Positions 17,467 to 27,865 of a stretch of DNA of 58,998 bases are shown here, one piece after another. The notes beneath the pieces were generated by a model. That model worked only from the letters and a program-made list of their open reading frames with translations. It was not told the origin of the DNA and ran no database searches. Numbering within the stretch: position 1 is the stretch's first letter; the number at the start of each line of letters is the position of its first letter. Source of the stretch: a virus (lineage: Duplodnaviria; Caudoviricetes); IMG/VR virus record IMGVR_UViG_3300032295_004123, positions 1-58,998 of that record; one strand, given 5' to 3'. The translations under genes were made by a program, and so were the position numbers.

Positions 17467-19184
17467 GTTACAAATCCTGTTTCACTCAACCTGTAGGAGG
17501 AAACAAACACAAGATTTACCTTTGGGACGATAAAGGATATTTTGTATACGATTGGTGGTACCCTGCTTATGAGGAGTGCGATGATATTGATTCCGACAAA
17601 AACATTAGAGGATTAAAACAAGAATCACTCCGCAAAGTTAGTAAATGGGATAAAGAAAATCCAAAACTCCATTTTCACGATATGAGACCATACCAAAGGT
17701 TTCTTATTGACAAATTTGGAGACAACGATGAACCATCTACAACTCACCAAGAAGTATTTTTTGATATAGAATGTGAAATGGGAGGAGCACTTACGGAAGA
17801 TTACATCCGTAGTGCTCCCAAACCCATTACCTCTATAGCTTGGTGGCACAAACAAAAGGATGAGTGGAAAATTCTTATTTTAGACAAAAAAGGTGAACTA
17901 CAACACGATAAAGAAGGCAATAGAGAAATTATTCCTTTATTAACAGAAGAGGAACTACTGCAAAGCTTTATAGTGAAAATGCGCGAAATTAATCCGGATA
18001 TACTTATCGGCTATAATAGCGATTACTTTGACATCCCTTACCTCTACTACCGCATTTGCAACGTATTTGACCAAGAAGTAGCAAACATGCTATCCCCAAT
18101 CGGAATCGTAATGGATGAATCCCAATGGAATAGAGACGGTTGGCTTAAAATTGCGGGTACCGAAAGTCTAGACTACATGAAGCTACACAAAAAGTTTAGC
18201 TTTAGGGATGAACCCTCATTTAAACTAGATGCATTAGGTAAAAAATACGTTGGTTTAGAAAAAATCGAATACGAAGGTAGTTTGGACCGTTTATTTAAAG
18301 AAGACAAACAAAAGTTCATTGCCTACAACTTTCGAGACGTAGAGATCCTCAAGGAATTAGACGCTAAATTTCAATACATTTCGCTAACAAAAAACCTAGC
18401 CCACAAGGGAAAAATCAATTATAGTGACGTCTATAAAAACAGTATGATCCACGACGGCGCAATCAGTGCCTACTTATTGTCCCAAGGTATTATACCGCCA
18501 AGCCGCGATAAAAACCCGATTACTAAGCAGAACTACGCGGGTGGTTATTTGTTTTGCCCCAACGCCGGTTTGTTTAGATACATGTTTGATGAGGACTTAA
18601 CGTCGCTATACCCTTCAATTATCATGTCTTTGAATATTGGTAAAGAAACATTAGTAGGTAGGATAATCATTCCAAATGAAAAGGTTGTTGTTGAAGGAAA
18701 GGAAATATTTAACTGTAGATACGGACTGAATGATTTGAAAAATATGAATCCGGAGGAAGAGTTGGTGTTGGAGAATGCTAAGCGTAAGCGTACAAAAATA
18801 ACGGTAGGTAAACTTCTGGAAACTATTCAAAATATGAATTTGGCGGTTTCGGCTAATGGGGTTTTATATAGGACTGATTTTGATTCGGTGTTGAAGACGA
18901 TTCTGGCAAAATGGTTTGAGGAGCGAGTCATATATAAGAATAAGATGAAGGCAGCTTACAAATCAGGGGAAAAGGATAAGGGGGCTCAATACCATCTTCT
19001 ACAGCATACTATGAAAATTTTGTTGAATTCTTTATATGGAGCGACAGCTTTGGGGGGTTTTAGATTCGGTAATGTAGTTTTGAGTGAGTCTATTACTTTA
19101 TCCGGGCAGCGAATTATTCAGGAATCAGCATTGTTTGCTAATACACATATGAATAAAGTAATTAGAGGTGAATTGACATTATGA
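17463..19184 (+). CDS. Family B DNA polymerase, N-terminal part (exonuclease, motifs A and B)
   Basis: FFDIECE, GYNSDYFDIPY, YNFRDV, DLTSLYPSII, KILLNSLYG. Confidence 0.93.
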   Translation: MSYKSCFTQPVGGNKHKIYLWDDKGYFVYDWWYPAYEECDDIDSDKNIRGLKQESLRKVSKWDKENPKLHFHDMRPYQRFLIDKFGDNDEPSTTHQEVFFDIECEMGGALTEDYIRSAPKPITSIAWWHKQKDEWKILILDKKGELQHDKEGNREIIPLLTEEELLQSFIVKMREINPDILIGYNSDYFDIPYLYYRICNVFDQEVANMLSPIGIVMDESQWNRDGWLKIAGTESLDYMKLHKKFSFRDEPSFKLDALGKKYVGLEKIEYEGSLDRLFKEDKQKFIAYNFRDVEILKELDAKFQYISLTKNLAHKGKINYSDVYKNSMIHDGAISAYLLSQGIIPPSRDKNPITKQNYAGGYLFCPNAGLFRYMFDEDLTSLYPSIIMSLNIGKETLVGRIIIPNEKVVVEGKEIFNCRYGLNDLKNMNPEEELVLENAKRKRTKITVGKLLETIQNMNLAVSANGVLYRTDFDSVLKTILAKWFEERVIYKNKMKAAYKSGEKDKGAQYHLLQHTMKILLNSLYGATALGGFRFGNVVLSESITLSGQRIIQESALFANTHMNKVIRGELTL

Positions 19185-19396
19185 GAACTTTAGATTTACA
19201 CGGTGTGTCCCACAAAGAGGTGAAGGATAAGCTTAGTGAGTTTTTCTTTTGGCATGGGGTAGAGAATCCTCAAGCTAAAATAATTACAGGAAATTCAAAC
19301 CATATGCAAAGACTTGTCTTAGAATGGCTTGATGAATGTGAATTTAAGTATTATATTCCGGCGTCCAATTTAGGCGAAATACAAGTTGTTGAATGA
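19181..19396 (+). CDS. Stand-alone Smr-domain protein
   Basis: TLDLHGVS...KIITGNS...NLGEIQV. Confidence 0.75.
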   Translation: MRTLDLHGVSHKEVKDKLSEFFFWHGVENPQAKIITGNSNHMQRLVLEWLDECEFKYYIPASNLGEIQVVE

Positions 19397-20322
19397 TTAC
19401 TCTAGAGACCACTCCTTGGTTTATATGCAAGGAGGAAGATATTAATTATTGTGCATACGTTGATACTGACTCTAACTATTATAATGCTGAACCTTTGCTT
19501 AGGCATCTCCACCCTGATTTTGATTCTATGGATGAGGAGAAAAGGGATGAAGTTTTAGAGCAGGTAGCATTAAAATACCAAGATCTTATTACCAATTACT
19601 ACCAACAGATGGCTGAAGAGGTGTTTAATATAAAAGAGCACCGCTTTGAGATGAAAACTGAATGTACCATTCGTTCAGCCTATTTTAGAGCTACTCGTAG
19701 ATACGCTCAGTGGATTACTAAAAAGGAAGGAGTCAATAAAGACGAGTTGGATATTAAAGGTCTTGAGTTTATGAAGGCTAATTTTCCTCCTATATTTGGG
19801 AAGTTCTTTAATTCTATTTTAGAGAAAGTACTTAAAGGAGTTAATCAAGCTGAAATAGATAAGCTTTTATTAGATTTTAGAGCTCACGTTTTATCTAAAG
19901 ACATTGACATTACTGTATTAGGTAACCCTACTTCGGTTAAAACTTTAGACAAGTATATTGAAAGGAAGCCTCGCAATACTGAAATGTTTTCTTTAATTAG
20001 AGCAGGGGCCCCAGCTCCGGTTAAAGCAGCTATTAAATATAACGATATGCTTCGCTTTTGGAAATTAGACAAACAACATTCGTATATTGTACAAGGCGAT
20101 AAGGTTAAATGGATTTATTTAAAAGATAACCCTTATAAAATTGAGGCGTTAGCATTTTTAGATTTTGACATGCCTGATAAAATTCGTGAAATGCTTAATA
20201 TGTATGCCGATACCAATAAATCATTTGAATCAATTTTAGAAAGTAAATTAGAAGGTTTTTATCATGATTTGGGTTGGACCTTAAACCTAAACCCTTACAA
20301 AACAATGTTTTTCAATTTTTAG
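19393..20322 (+). CDS. Family B DNA polymerase, C-terminal part (motif C, thumb)
   Basis: YVDTDS, RRYA, IKGLE, GDKVKWIYL. Confidence 0.9.
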   Translation: MITLETTPWFICKEEDINYCAYVDTDSNYYNAEPLLRHLHPDFDSMDEEKRDEVLEQVALKYQDLITNYYQQMAEEVFNIKEHRFEMKTECTIRSAYFRATRRYAQWITKKEGVNKDELDIKGLEFMKANFPPIFGKFFNSILEKVLKGVNQAEIDKLLLDFRAHVLSKDIDITVLGNPTSVKTLDKYIERKPRNTEMFSLIRAGAPAPVKAAIKYNDMLRFWKLDKQHSYIVQGDKVKWIYLKDNPYKIEALAFLDFDMPDKIREMLNMYADTNKSFESILESKLEGFYHDLGWTLNLNPYKTMFFNF

Positions 20323-20324
20323 TT

Positions 20325-21062
20325 ATGATCCAAAAATTAGAGTTGCAATCAGTTATATCTAAGTATTTCCTCAACGGTTTAATAGAATCAGTAAAATGGG
20401 TAGTTAAAGATAATACCTTAACTATTGATTTTAATTCGCCTAATAGGGAAATGATAGGACAAGTAATCCATAGTAACTTTCCTTTACCTGATAGTGAAAT
20501 AGCAATTTACAATACTTCTCAACTTAATAAACTATTAGCTATTACTACTGGTTTGATTGAGATGAAATTAACTGCTAACAATAAGATTTTTACCAAAATT
20601 ATTTTTGCGGATAAAAATTATACTTTAAATTATTCTTTAGCAGATATCCTTCTTATCCAAAAACCTGGTAGAGTAGATCGCGAGTTTGATTTTGAGGTAG
20701 TTTGTGATTTGAATGGAGAGTCTTTAGATGCTATGATTAAAGCTAAAAATGCCCTTCAAAGTGATAATGTTGTATTTAATGTAGGGAAAAACTTTGACGG
20801 TGAATCCGTTCTAGAACTAATATTTGGAGAACCTAATCTACACACCAACAACATTAGCTACATTATCCCCGATATGTTTTTTAATGATGCCCCAGAGTTT
20901 AAACTTCCATTTGATTCTGAAATTATTAAAACTATTCTAGTAAATAACAAAGACTCGGAAAATTCTAGATTAAGTTTGAATACTATGGGATTGTTGAAAT
21001 TGGAATTTGCTAAAGATAATATTAAGAGTACTTATTATATTACAAGAAAAGCTGAAATATAA
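20325..21062 (+). CDS. DNA polymerase sliding clamp (gp45/PCNA-like)
   Basis: About 245 aa, alpha/beta pattern, C-terminal GLLKLEF..STYYI; follows the polymerase. Confidence 0.7.
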   Translation: MIQKLELQSVISKYFLNGLIESVKWVVKDNTLTIDFNSPNREMIGQVIHSNFPLPDSEIAIYNTSQLNKLLAITTGLIEMKLTANNKIFTKIIFADKNYTLNYSLADILLIQKPGRVDREFDFEVVCDLNGESLDAMIKAKNALQSDNVVFNVGKNFDGESVLELIFGEPNLHTNNISYIIPDMFFNDAPEFKLPFDSEIIKTILVNNKDSENSRLSLNTMGLLKLEFAKDNIKSTYYITRKAEI

Positions 21063-21063
21063 T

Positions 21064-21094
21064 TTTGAAATACAAATAATTTTTCGTATCTTCA
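21064..21094 (+). promoter_or_regulatory. Early promoter variant
   Basis: TTTG-N19-TATCTTCA. Confidence 0.55.
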
Positions 21095-21114
21095 CGTATA
21101 ATTAAAACCATGTT

Positions 21115-21393
21115 ATGGAAGTAAAAACTTCACTTAAATTTATTAGGGATCCGCTGTTGGAACCTTATTTTATTCAATTAGATGATTATTGTTATGCAGT
21201 ACACAAGACCATTGTAGCCCAAGAAAGTGGAAAAGAATATTCTCAAGCTTTAGGGTTTTATAAAAGTATAGATGGTTGTTTAAGAGCTATTTCTCGAGAT
21301 AAAGTTATGGCTAAAAGTTACAACTCTCTTAGAGAATATATTGATGAATATAAAAGTATCGTATCACGTTTAGATAAATTTGGAGAATTATGA
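21115..21393 (+). CDS. Hypothetical protein
   Basis: ORF after promoter. Confidence 0.6.
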   Translation: MEVKTSLKFIRDPLLEPYFIQLDDYCYAVHKTIVAQESGKEYSQALGFYKSIDGCLRAISRDKVMAKSYNSLREYIDEYKSIVSRLDKFGEL

Positions 21394-21686
21394 GTTTACA
21401 AGCACTATTTAATGCCGTTATCGTTCAACCTATTGAGTTGGAAGAAGCAATGTATGGCAATATTATCGTTCCTGATTTGGGGAGCGAAAAAAACAAAACA
21501 GGTACAGTTGTATCTGTAGGTCCTGGTCACCAATCAATCACTGGAGAATTCCTTACAACAGTTCTAAAAGAAGGAGACATTATTGTTCTTCCTACTTTGG
21601 GATTTACTAAGTTTGAATACAAAGGTGAAGAATATTGGATTGGTCGTGAAAATGACGTTTTAGCTAAAATAAATAAGAATGAGTAA
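21390..21686 (+). CDS. groES: Co-chaperonin GroES
   Basis: IIVPD..GTVVSVGPG..LKEGD..ENDVLAKI. Confidence 0.9.
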   Translation: MSLQALFNAVIVQPIELEEAMYGNIIVPDLGSEKNKTGTVVSVGPGHQSITGEFLTTVLKEGDIIVLPTLGFTKFEYKGEEYWIGRENDVLAKINKNE

Positions 21687-23328
21687 AATAATTGAATTTG
21701 GACCTGAAGGTCGTAAAAAACTAGTTTCAGGTATTGATAAACTAGCAGATGCTGTAGTAGCAACACTTGGTCCTAATGGCCGTAACGTAGTAATCGTTAA
21801 CGAGATGGGTCAAGTACAGTCAACTAAAGATGGTGTAACTGTAGCTAAATCTATTTCTCTATCAGACAATGTAGAAGAAGTAGGTGTTAAAATGGTAAAA
21901 CAAGCAGCTATTAAAACTGCTGATATAGCAGGTGATGGTACAACCACTTCTACTTTGTTGGCTCGCGAAATGGTTAAAGCCGGTTTGAGTTACCTAAACA
22001 ATGGAGCAAATGCTGTAGAGATTAAACGTGGTATTGATGCTGCTGTGAAGCAAGTAACTGATGCTATTCGTACTCAAATTAAAGAAGACATCTCAAGCGA
22101 AGAACAACTTGAACAAATCGCAACCATTTCAGCAAATAATGATCCTGAAGTAGGTAAGTTGATTGCAACTGCTTTAAATAAAGTAGGTCGTGAAGGAGTT
22201 GTTTCAATTGAAGAATCCAAATCAGGAGAAACTACACTTGAAACAGTAGAAGGTATGCAATTTGATCGTGGTTATAAATCCCACTTCTTTGTTACCGACA
22301 ATAACACTATGACGTGCCATTTGGATAATCCTTATATTTTAATAGCAGATAAAAGATTTACTCAAGTAAATGATTTGCTTAAAATACTAGAAGGAGTTTC
22401 TCAACAAAATCGTCCTTTGTTTATTATTGCTGAAGATATCGAAGGTGAAGCACTTGCAACCTTGATTGTAAATAAGGCTAGAGGTATTATTAAAGTTGCT
22501 GCTGTTAAAGCTCCTGACTTTGGTGATCGCCGAAAACTTATTATGGAAGATATAGCTGTATTAACCGGTGGTCAAGTATTCAGTACTGAAAAAGGTATGA
22601 AACTTGATAAATTTAGTTGGGAATGGCTAGGATCAGCACGTGCAGTTACTATTACTAAAGATCAAACTACTATTATTGATGGTAAAGGTGATACTACTAA
22701 AATAGAGGCACGTATTGAAGAACTTCAACAACAGATTGAAAGAGCTAAAACACCTTTTGAGCAGGAAAAACTTCAAGAAAGATTAGCAAAATTTGTTGGT
22801 GGTGTTGCTATTGTTTATGTAGGTGGAAACACTGAAACCGAGATTAAGGAAAAGAAAGACCGCGTAGAAGATGCCTTATATGCAACTAAAGCCGCTATTG
22901 AAGAAGGTATTGTACCTGGTGGTGGATCTACTTTGCTTTTTGCTCGTGAAGCTATTACCCATTTTAACGTAGAAAGTGATGTTATTAGAATTGGTAAGCA
23001 AATTGTTTATCAAGCTTGTGGTAAGCCATTTGAACAAATTCTTTTAAACGCTGGTTATACCCAAAATGACATGTACCCAATTATTAATGAGATTGGTAGA
23101 CAAGGTGAAATGGGAACTAATCCATGGTTTGGTTTCAACATCAAAGAGGACCTTATTGTTGATATGAAAGAAGCAGGTATTATTGATCCCGCTAAAGTAA
23201 CCCGAACTGCACTTGAAAATGCAGCTTCAGTAGCAGGCACAATATTACTTACCGAGTGTGTTGTAGTTGATAACCCATCAGATAAGAAAGAATCTGATCC
23301 AATGGGTGGAATGGGAGGCATGTTCTAA
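21679..23328 (+). CDS. groEL: Chaperonin GroEL
   Basis: [37 protein letters not shown] tail. Confidence 0.97.
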   Translation: MSKIIEFGPEGRKKLVSGIDKLADAVVATLGPNGRNVVIVNEMGQVQSTKDGVTVAKSISLSDNVEEVGVKMVKQAAIKTADIAGDGTTTSTLLAREMVKAGLSYLNNGANAVEIKRGIDAAVKQVTDAIRTQIKEDISSEEQLEQIATISANNDPEVGKLIATALNKVGREGVVSIEESKSGETTLETVEGMQFDRGYKSHFFVTDNNTMTCHLDNPYILIADKRFTQVNDLLKILEGVSQQNRPLFIIAEDIEGEALATLIVNKARGIIKVAAVKAPDFGDRRKLIMEDIAVLTGGQVFSTEKGMKLDKFSWEWLGSARAVTITKDQTTIIDGKGDTTKIEARIEELQQQIERAKTPFEQEKLQERLAKFVGGVAIVYVGGNTETEIKEKKDRVEDALYATKAAIEEGIVPGGGSTLLFAREAITHFNVESDVIRIGKQIVYQACGKPFEQILLNAGYTQNDMYPIINEIGRQGEMGTNPWFGFNIKEDLIVDMKEAGIIDPAKVTRTALENAASVAGTILLTECVVVDNPSDKKESDPMGGMGGMF

Positions 23329-23588
23329 TGAATACCCAAGAAGTAGAAAAAAACATTCAAATCGCTGAGCGAGTTCCACCTGGTGACAGGTGGAAACTCC
23401 TCAACGGTGAGAAAGTTTATGAATCCCTAACTGAAACATTAAATGCTTGGTACCAACAAGCAACTACAAAACCTCAAGCATTTAGACTTGAACCCCTGAA
23501 GGGAAAGTTGTATATTATCACTACTGAGGAAATAGAAATACCTAAACCCGAACCTAAAAAATACGATTTGTATGGTGACTACGAGTAA
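23328..23588 (+). CDS. Hypothetical protein
   Basis: Coupled ORF. Confidence 0.6.
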   Translation: MNTQEVEKNIQIAERVPPGDRWKLLNGEKVYESLTETLNAWYQQATTKPQAFRLEPLKGKLYIITTEEIEIPKPEPKKYDLYGDYE

Positions 23589-24519
23589 AGAACATACTTT
23601 ATTTGTTGAAAAATATCGTTCTAAAAATCTGGATGAATATGTAGGTAATGAGAGTATTAAAACTACCATAGCTCAATATTTAGGACAGAACGATATTCAA
23701 AACCTTATATTCTATGGAAGTCCGGGAACTGGTAAAACTACTTTGGCTAAGCTTATTGTTTCCAATCTGGATTGTGATTATATTTACATCAATGCTTCAG
23801 ATGAAAGAGGGATTGAAACAATTAGGGACAAAGTATCCGGTTTTGCTTCGTCTGCTTCGTTTAAAAGTATCAAAGTTGTTATCCTGGATGAAGCGGATTT
23901 TTTAACAATCCAAGCTCAAGCCTCACTTCGAAATGTAATTGAAACTTATTCACGTAGTACTCGTTTTATTTTAACTTGTAACTATGTTGAGCGTATTATT
24001 GATCCTCTTCAATCACGTTGTCAGGTACTTAAAATCGTTCCTCCCTCTAAAGCCGAAGTAGCAGCTCACATTGCTGCTATTATGGATAAAGAAAATATAG
24101 GTTATGATTTGAAAGATTTAAAAGTAATTGTTAATCAATTCTATCCTGATTTACGAAAGTGCCTTAACACAGTTCAATTATCAATTAGAGAATATAGTTA
24201 CAGCCCATCTTACCCTAATGAGAAAGTATTAGACATTGATCAATCAGTAATTGTATCTTCTCAATACACATCACAAGTAATAAATGAATTAAAAACAACT
24301 AAGGATTGGAAAAAAATTCGTCAAATAATAGCTGATTCTAATGTTAATGATTATGAGGAACTTTATAAAGAGTTGTATTCGAATATGTCACACTATGCTG
24401 ACGGGAGAGAAGGCTTGGTGGTAATTATTTTAGAAGAGTATCAATATCATGCAAATTTCCGAATTGATAAGGAAATTAACATTATGGCATGTATTGCTAA
24501 GATTATTCAAACTTTATGA
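23572..24519 (+). CDS. Clamp loader AAA+ subunit (gp44/RFC-like)
   Basis: VEKYR, GSPGTGKTT, NASDERG, ILDEAD, SRC. Confidence 0.93.
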   Translation: MVTTSKEHTLFVEKYRSKNLDEYVGNESIKTTIAQYLGQNDIQNLIFYGSPGTGKTTLAKLIVSNLDCDYIYINASDERGIETIRDKVSGFASSASFKSIKVVILDEADFLTIQAQASLRNVIETYSRSTRFILTCNYVERIIDPLQSRCQVLKIVPPSKAEVAAHIAAIMDKENIGYDLKDLKVIVNQFYPDLRKCLNTVQLSIREYSYSPSYPNEKVLDIDQSVIVSSQYTSQVINELKTTKDWKKIRQIIADSNVNDYEELYKELYSNMSHYADGREGLVVIILEEYQYHANFRIDKEINIMACIAKIIQTL

Positions 24520-24713
24520 AAAAATTTACCTTCTATACTTTAAGTTGGATTAGTGGAAACTTATCCATACCTTTCTGGATGGTAGGGCACGTTCATTTAA
24601 CAATGAACATTTATGAAGACATACATGAAATAATAGCATCCTTTGGGATGAATATAATAGTTGCGATTGGATTTTATTTAGATTGGTTAAAACACAAAAA
24701 AGAAAACTTATGA
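24516..24713 (+). CDS. Small membrane protein
   Basis: Two hydrophobic segments; ATGA overlaps. Confidence 0.55.
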   Translation: MKKFTFYTLSWISGNLSIPFWMVGHVHLTMNIYEDIHEIIASFGMNIIVAIGFYLDWLKHKKENL

Positions 24714-24949
24714 ATCAACAAGACCTTAAATTAAACATTAATTTAAAAAACACCGAAATCATTAAAAGTGAAGAAGGAAATGTAGTATTTTCTGAAGGAA
24801 TTATTCTTCGCAAAGCTTCTAAATTTGCTGTAGGTACTAGTGAAGATGCTATTGTCCCTATTCCTATTTTTTATGATGCTCTTACAGGGAAAATTCTAAA
24901 AGAAACACTACCTAAAGATATTCAAGACGAGTATAATGACTATATTTGA
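24710..24949 (+). CDS. Hypothetical protein
   Basis: ATG at 24710 coupled to the previous stop. Confidence 0.6.
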   Translation: MNQQDLKLNINLKNTEIIKSEEGNVVFSEGIILRKASKFAVGTSEDAIVPIPIFYDALTGKILKETLPKDIQDEYNDYI

Positions 24950-25352
24950 TTGGATCAAAGAGATTACAATTAAAAAAACTCCTTGGGAAAACTTTTCTGA
25001 AGATCAGCGGGGATCATTTAATCCTTACATGATAAATAGATATTTATCTATGAGTGTGGATTACATAGATTTAGTAAATTTTGTGCAGTTCATACCCTAC
25101 ACAGATAAAGAGAAATACTATAAAATTTATGTTGAAATGATCCCTAAAAAGAATGTCTACCTGAAGTACATTAAATCTACTAAAAAAAGCAAATCCAAAG
25201 AAGTAGCAGAATACGTTGCTAAATATTATGAATGCAGTTTAGGCGAAGCTGACCACTACATTGATATAATTAAAGAACACGGTGTTCGAAGCATTCTTTG
25301 GCAAATGGGAGTCGATCAAAAAGAACAAGATAAATTAGTAAAAACTCTATAA
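24936..25352 (+). CDS. Clamp loader small subunit (gp62-like)
   Basis: FNPYMINRYLS, IPKK..YLKYIK, YYECS..EA. Confidence 0.7.
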   Translation: MTIFDWIKEITIKKTPWENFSEDQRGSFNPYMINRYLSMSVDYIDLVNFVQFIPYTDKEKYYKIYVEMIPKKNVYLKYIKSTKKSKSKEVAEYVAKYYECSLGEADHYIDIIKEHGVRSILWQMGVDQKEQDKLVKTL

Positions 25353-25353
25353 A

Positions 25354-25710
25354 ATGGAAGAACAAATAGGTTATAATACATCAATTAAAGATTTTGAAAA
25401 AACATATCCTGAACTAGCAGCTGAATTTGCTTTAATTCAAAAAGAACAATATGAATTGTTCGCTGCTAAAATGATGGACTATGGTTTAGGTAACATTGCT
25501 CTAGGCTCAACACTTGAAGACCCAGATGATGTTAATCTTTCAATTACAGGCATTTGGTTGCGTTGCAACGATAAAATTAATCGTTTAAAAAATATTCTAA
25601 AACGTGGTGGTAAAAATTACGTAGCAGGAGAAGCAGCAATTGATAGTTTTATAGACATCTCTAACTATGGGATTATTGCTCAGTTAGTTATGCGAGGTAA
25701 ATGGAAATAA
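25354..25710 (+). CDS. DUF1599-like nucleotide-modification-associated domain protein
   Basis: KMMDYG...RCNDKINRL...DSFIDISNY. Confidence 0.7.
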   Translation: MEEQIGYNTSIKDFEKTYPELAAEFALIQKEQYELFAAKMMDYGLGNIALGSTLEDPDDVNLSITGIWLRCNDKINRLKNILKRGGKNYVAGEAAIDSFIDISNYGIIAQLVMRGKWK

Positions 25711-27065
25711 TAAAATTAATAATTTTTGATTTAGATGGAGTTCTAGTCGAAGCAAAAAATATTCACTTTGAAGCTTTAAATAAAGCATTAGGTGAATATG
25801 CTATTGACTGGAACGAACATCTTTCGATTTATGATGGGTTAAAAACCAATCAAAAACTTGAAATGTTAACCAAAGAAAAAGGTTTACCTGTAGAATTACA
25901 TTCACAAATTTGGGAAGATAAACAAAAATATACTCTAGAAGAACTTCGTAATCTTAAACCAGATGGGGTATTATTATCTGTAATGAATACTTTAGCAGAT
26001 GAGGGTTATAAAATAGCAGTATGTTCCAATTCAATCAGAAAAACTGTATTAACTGTACTTTCTAAATTGGGGATAATGGAATTTATGGATTTAATTATCT
26101 CTAATGAAGATGTTAAAAATTCCAAACCACATCCTGAAATGTACTGGAAGGCAATTTCAATGATGAGTTGCCTCCCAGAAGAAACTTTAATTGTAGAAGA
26201 TTCACCTTATGGATTACTTGCTGCTTCAAGAAGTAAATCGCACATTTTAAGAGTAAAAAATCCTAAAGAAGTAACTCCTACCAACATATTTAAAAAATTA
26301 GAAGAAATAGAAAACGGATACGTTATGAAATCACCTGCTTGGAAAGACGAAAAATTAAATGTATTAATCCCAATGGCTGGTGCTGGTTCTCGCTTTGAAC
26401 AGGCCGGTTATACCTTCCCAAAACCTCTTATTGATGTTAAGGGCAAACCTATGATTCAAGTTGTAGTTGAAAACCTTAACATTGAAGCTAATTACATCTT
26501 CATTGTCCAGAAATCTCATAGAGAAAAATACAACCTAGATACCCTACTTAACCTTATTACTCCAGGTTGTAAAATTGTAGAAGTAGATGGAGTTACTGAA
26601 GGAGCAGCCGTTACAGCTTTAATGGCTAAAGAATATATTAACAATGATGCTCCTTTATTTTTTGCTAATTCAGACCAATTTGCTGAATGGGATTCAAATG
26701 AGTTCATGTACAAAATGAATGAAACAAATGCTGACGGAGGCATTGTAACTTTTGAAGCAACCCACCCTAAATGGTCATTTGCTAAAATAGATGAAAATGG
26801 TTTAGTAACTGAAGTAGCTGAGAAAAATCCTATTTCAAATATTGCTACAGTAGGTTATTATTATTGGAAGCACGGTTCTGATTTTGTAAAGTATGCAGAA
26901 CAAATGATTGACCAAAATGTTCGTGTTAACAATGAATTTTACGTCTGTCCGGTATTTAACCAAGCTATTGAAGATTGTAAACAAATTAGAACTTTCAATA
27001 TTAAAGGTATGTGGGGTTTGGGTACTCCTGAAGACTTAAAATATTATTTGGAAAATTATAAATGA
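25701..27065 (+). CDS. HAD phosphatase fused to a sugar-nucleotidyltransferase-like domain
   Basis: FDLDGVL, KPHP, VEDS; IPMAGAGSRF..PKPLI, GLGTPEDL. Confidence 0.85.
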   Translation: MEIIKLIIFDLDGVLVEAKNIHFEALNKALGEYAIDWNEHLSIYDGLKTNQKLEMLTKEKGLPVELHSQIWEDKQKYTLEELRNLKPDGVLLSVMNTLADEGYKIAVCSNSIRKTVLTVLSKLGIMEFMDLIISNEDVKNSKPHPEMYWKAISMMSCLPEETLIVEDSPYGLLAASRSKSHILRVKNPKEVTPTNIFKKLEEIENGYVMKSPAWKDEKLNVLIPMAGAGSRFEQAGYTFPKPLIDVKGKPMIQVVVENLNIEANYIFIVQKSHREKYNLDTLLNLITPGCKIVEVDGVTEGAAVTALMAKEYINNDAPLFFANSDQFAEWDSNEFMYKMNETNADGGIVTFEATHPKWSFAKIDENGLVTEVAEKNPISNIATVGYYYWKHGSDFVKYAEQMIDQNVRVNNEFYVCPVFNQAIEDCKQIRTFNIKGMWGLGTPEDLKYYLENYK

Positions 27066-27865
27066 AAACAGCTATCCTACTTTCAGGGAAGTTAGAACAT
27101 TTTCGGGACACTTATAATAACATATCTCAAAGATTACTTTCATCTTTAGGAGATTATGATGTTTTTATAAGTACTTGGGATTTATCTGAAAACGATAAAG
27201 AAGATTTGATTTCTTTATATAATCCTAAAGTATTACATACTGAAGTTCTTAATGAAGATACTAAGTATCTTTTTGAAGGTAGTTATAATTACCAAAAAAG
27301 TTTAGAATTAGAACCTAAATATGGAAGTTCTAATTCTTTATATATGTGGTATAAAATAGGAAGAGGTCTTAATATTATTAATGAATATTCTGGGTTTCAC
27401 AATATAGAATATGATTTAGTAATTCGTTTAAGAACAGATTTCTTTTTTACTAATAGATTAACTCAACATCATATAGATTTAGTTTTAAATAATACTATAC
27501 TACTAGGACCTCATTGCACTGAAAAAAGTCATCTTGGATTTTCTCATGCTAGTGATAATTTTATTATGTTTCCCTGGAAGTATATTTTAGTATTTAAAAA
27601 TATAGAAAAGTATTATAGTAATGTTTGGGAAAACTATCAATATTTTAGTCCTGAAAACTTGCTATATGAAACTTTAAAACAACAAGCTCTTAATTTTACT
27701 AACAGTGATATTAAACTAGGAAGAATTTATAAGAATTCTTGTATTCTTTGGGCCCCTAATGGAACTACCTATGATGGTTACCCCAATGAAACTATTCTTA
27801 ATTTAACTTCTGATTTTAGTATCGATAATAATTCTAATATTATATATGATTCTAATATCTCATAG
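27062..27865 (+). CDS. Putative glycosyltransferase-like protein (paralog family with 38115 and 40423)
   Basis: AILLSG, DVFISTW, SMWYK-like segment, YDLVIRLRTD. Confidence 0.55.
   Translation: MKTAILLSGKLEHFRDTYNNISQRLLSSLGDYDVFISTWDLSENDKEDLISLYNPKVLHTEVLNEDTKYLFEGSYNYQKSLELEPKYGSSNSLYMWYKIGRGLNIINEYSGFHNIEYDLVIRLRTDFFFTNRLTQHHIDLVLNNTILLGPHCTEKSHLGFSHASDNFIMFPWKYILVFKNIEKYYSNVWENYQYFSPENLLYETLKQQALNFTNSDIKLGRIYKNSCILWAPNGTTYDGYPNETILNLTSDFSIDNNSNIIYDSNIS

Noticed and set aside
19185-19392. Group I/II intron or intein interrupting the polymerase
   Set aside because: The gap is only about 210 nt and is filled by an ORF with ATGA overlaps; no intron core or intein terminal motifs recognised
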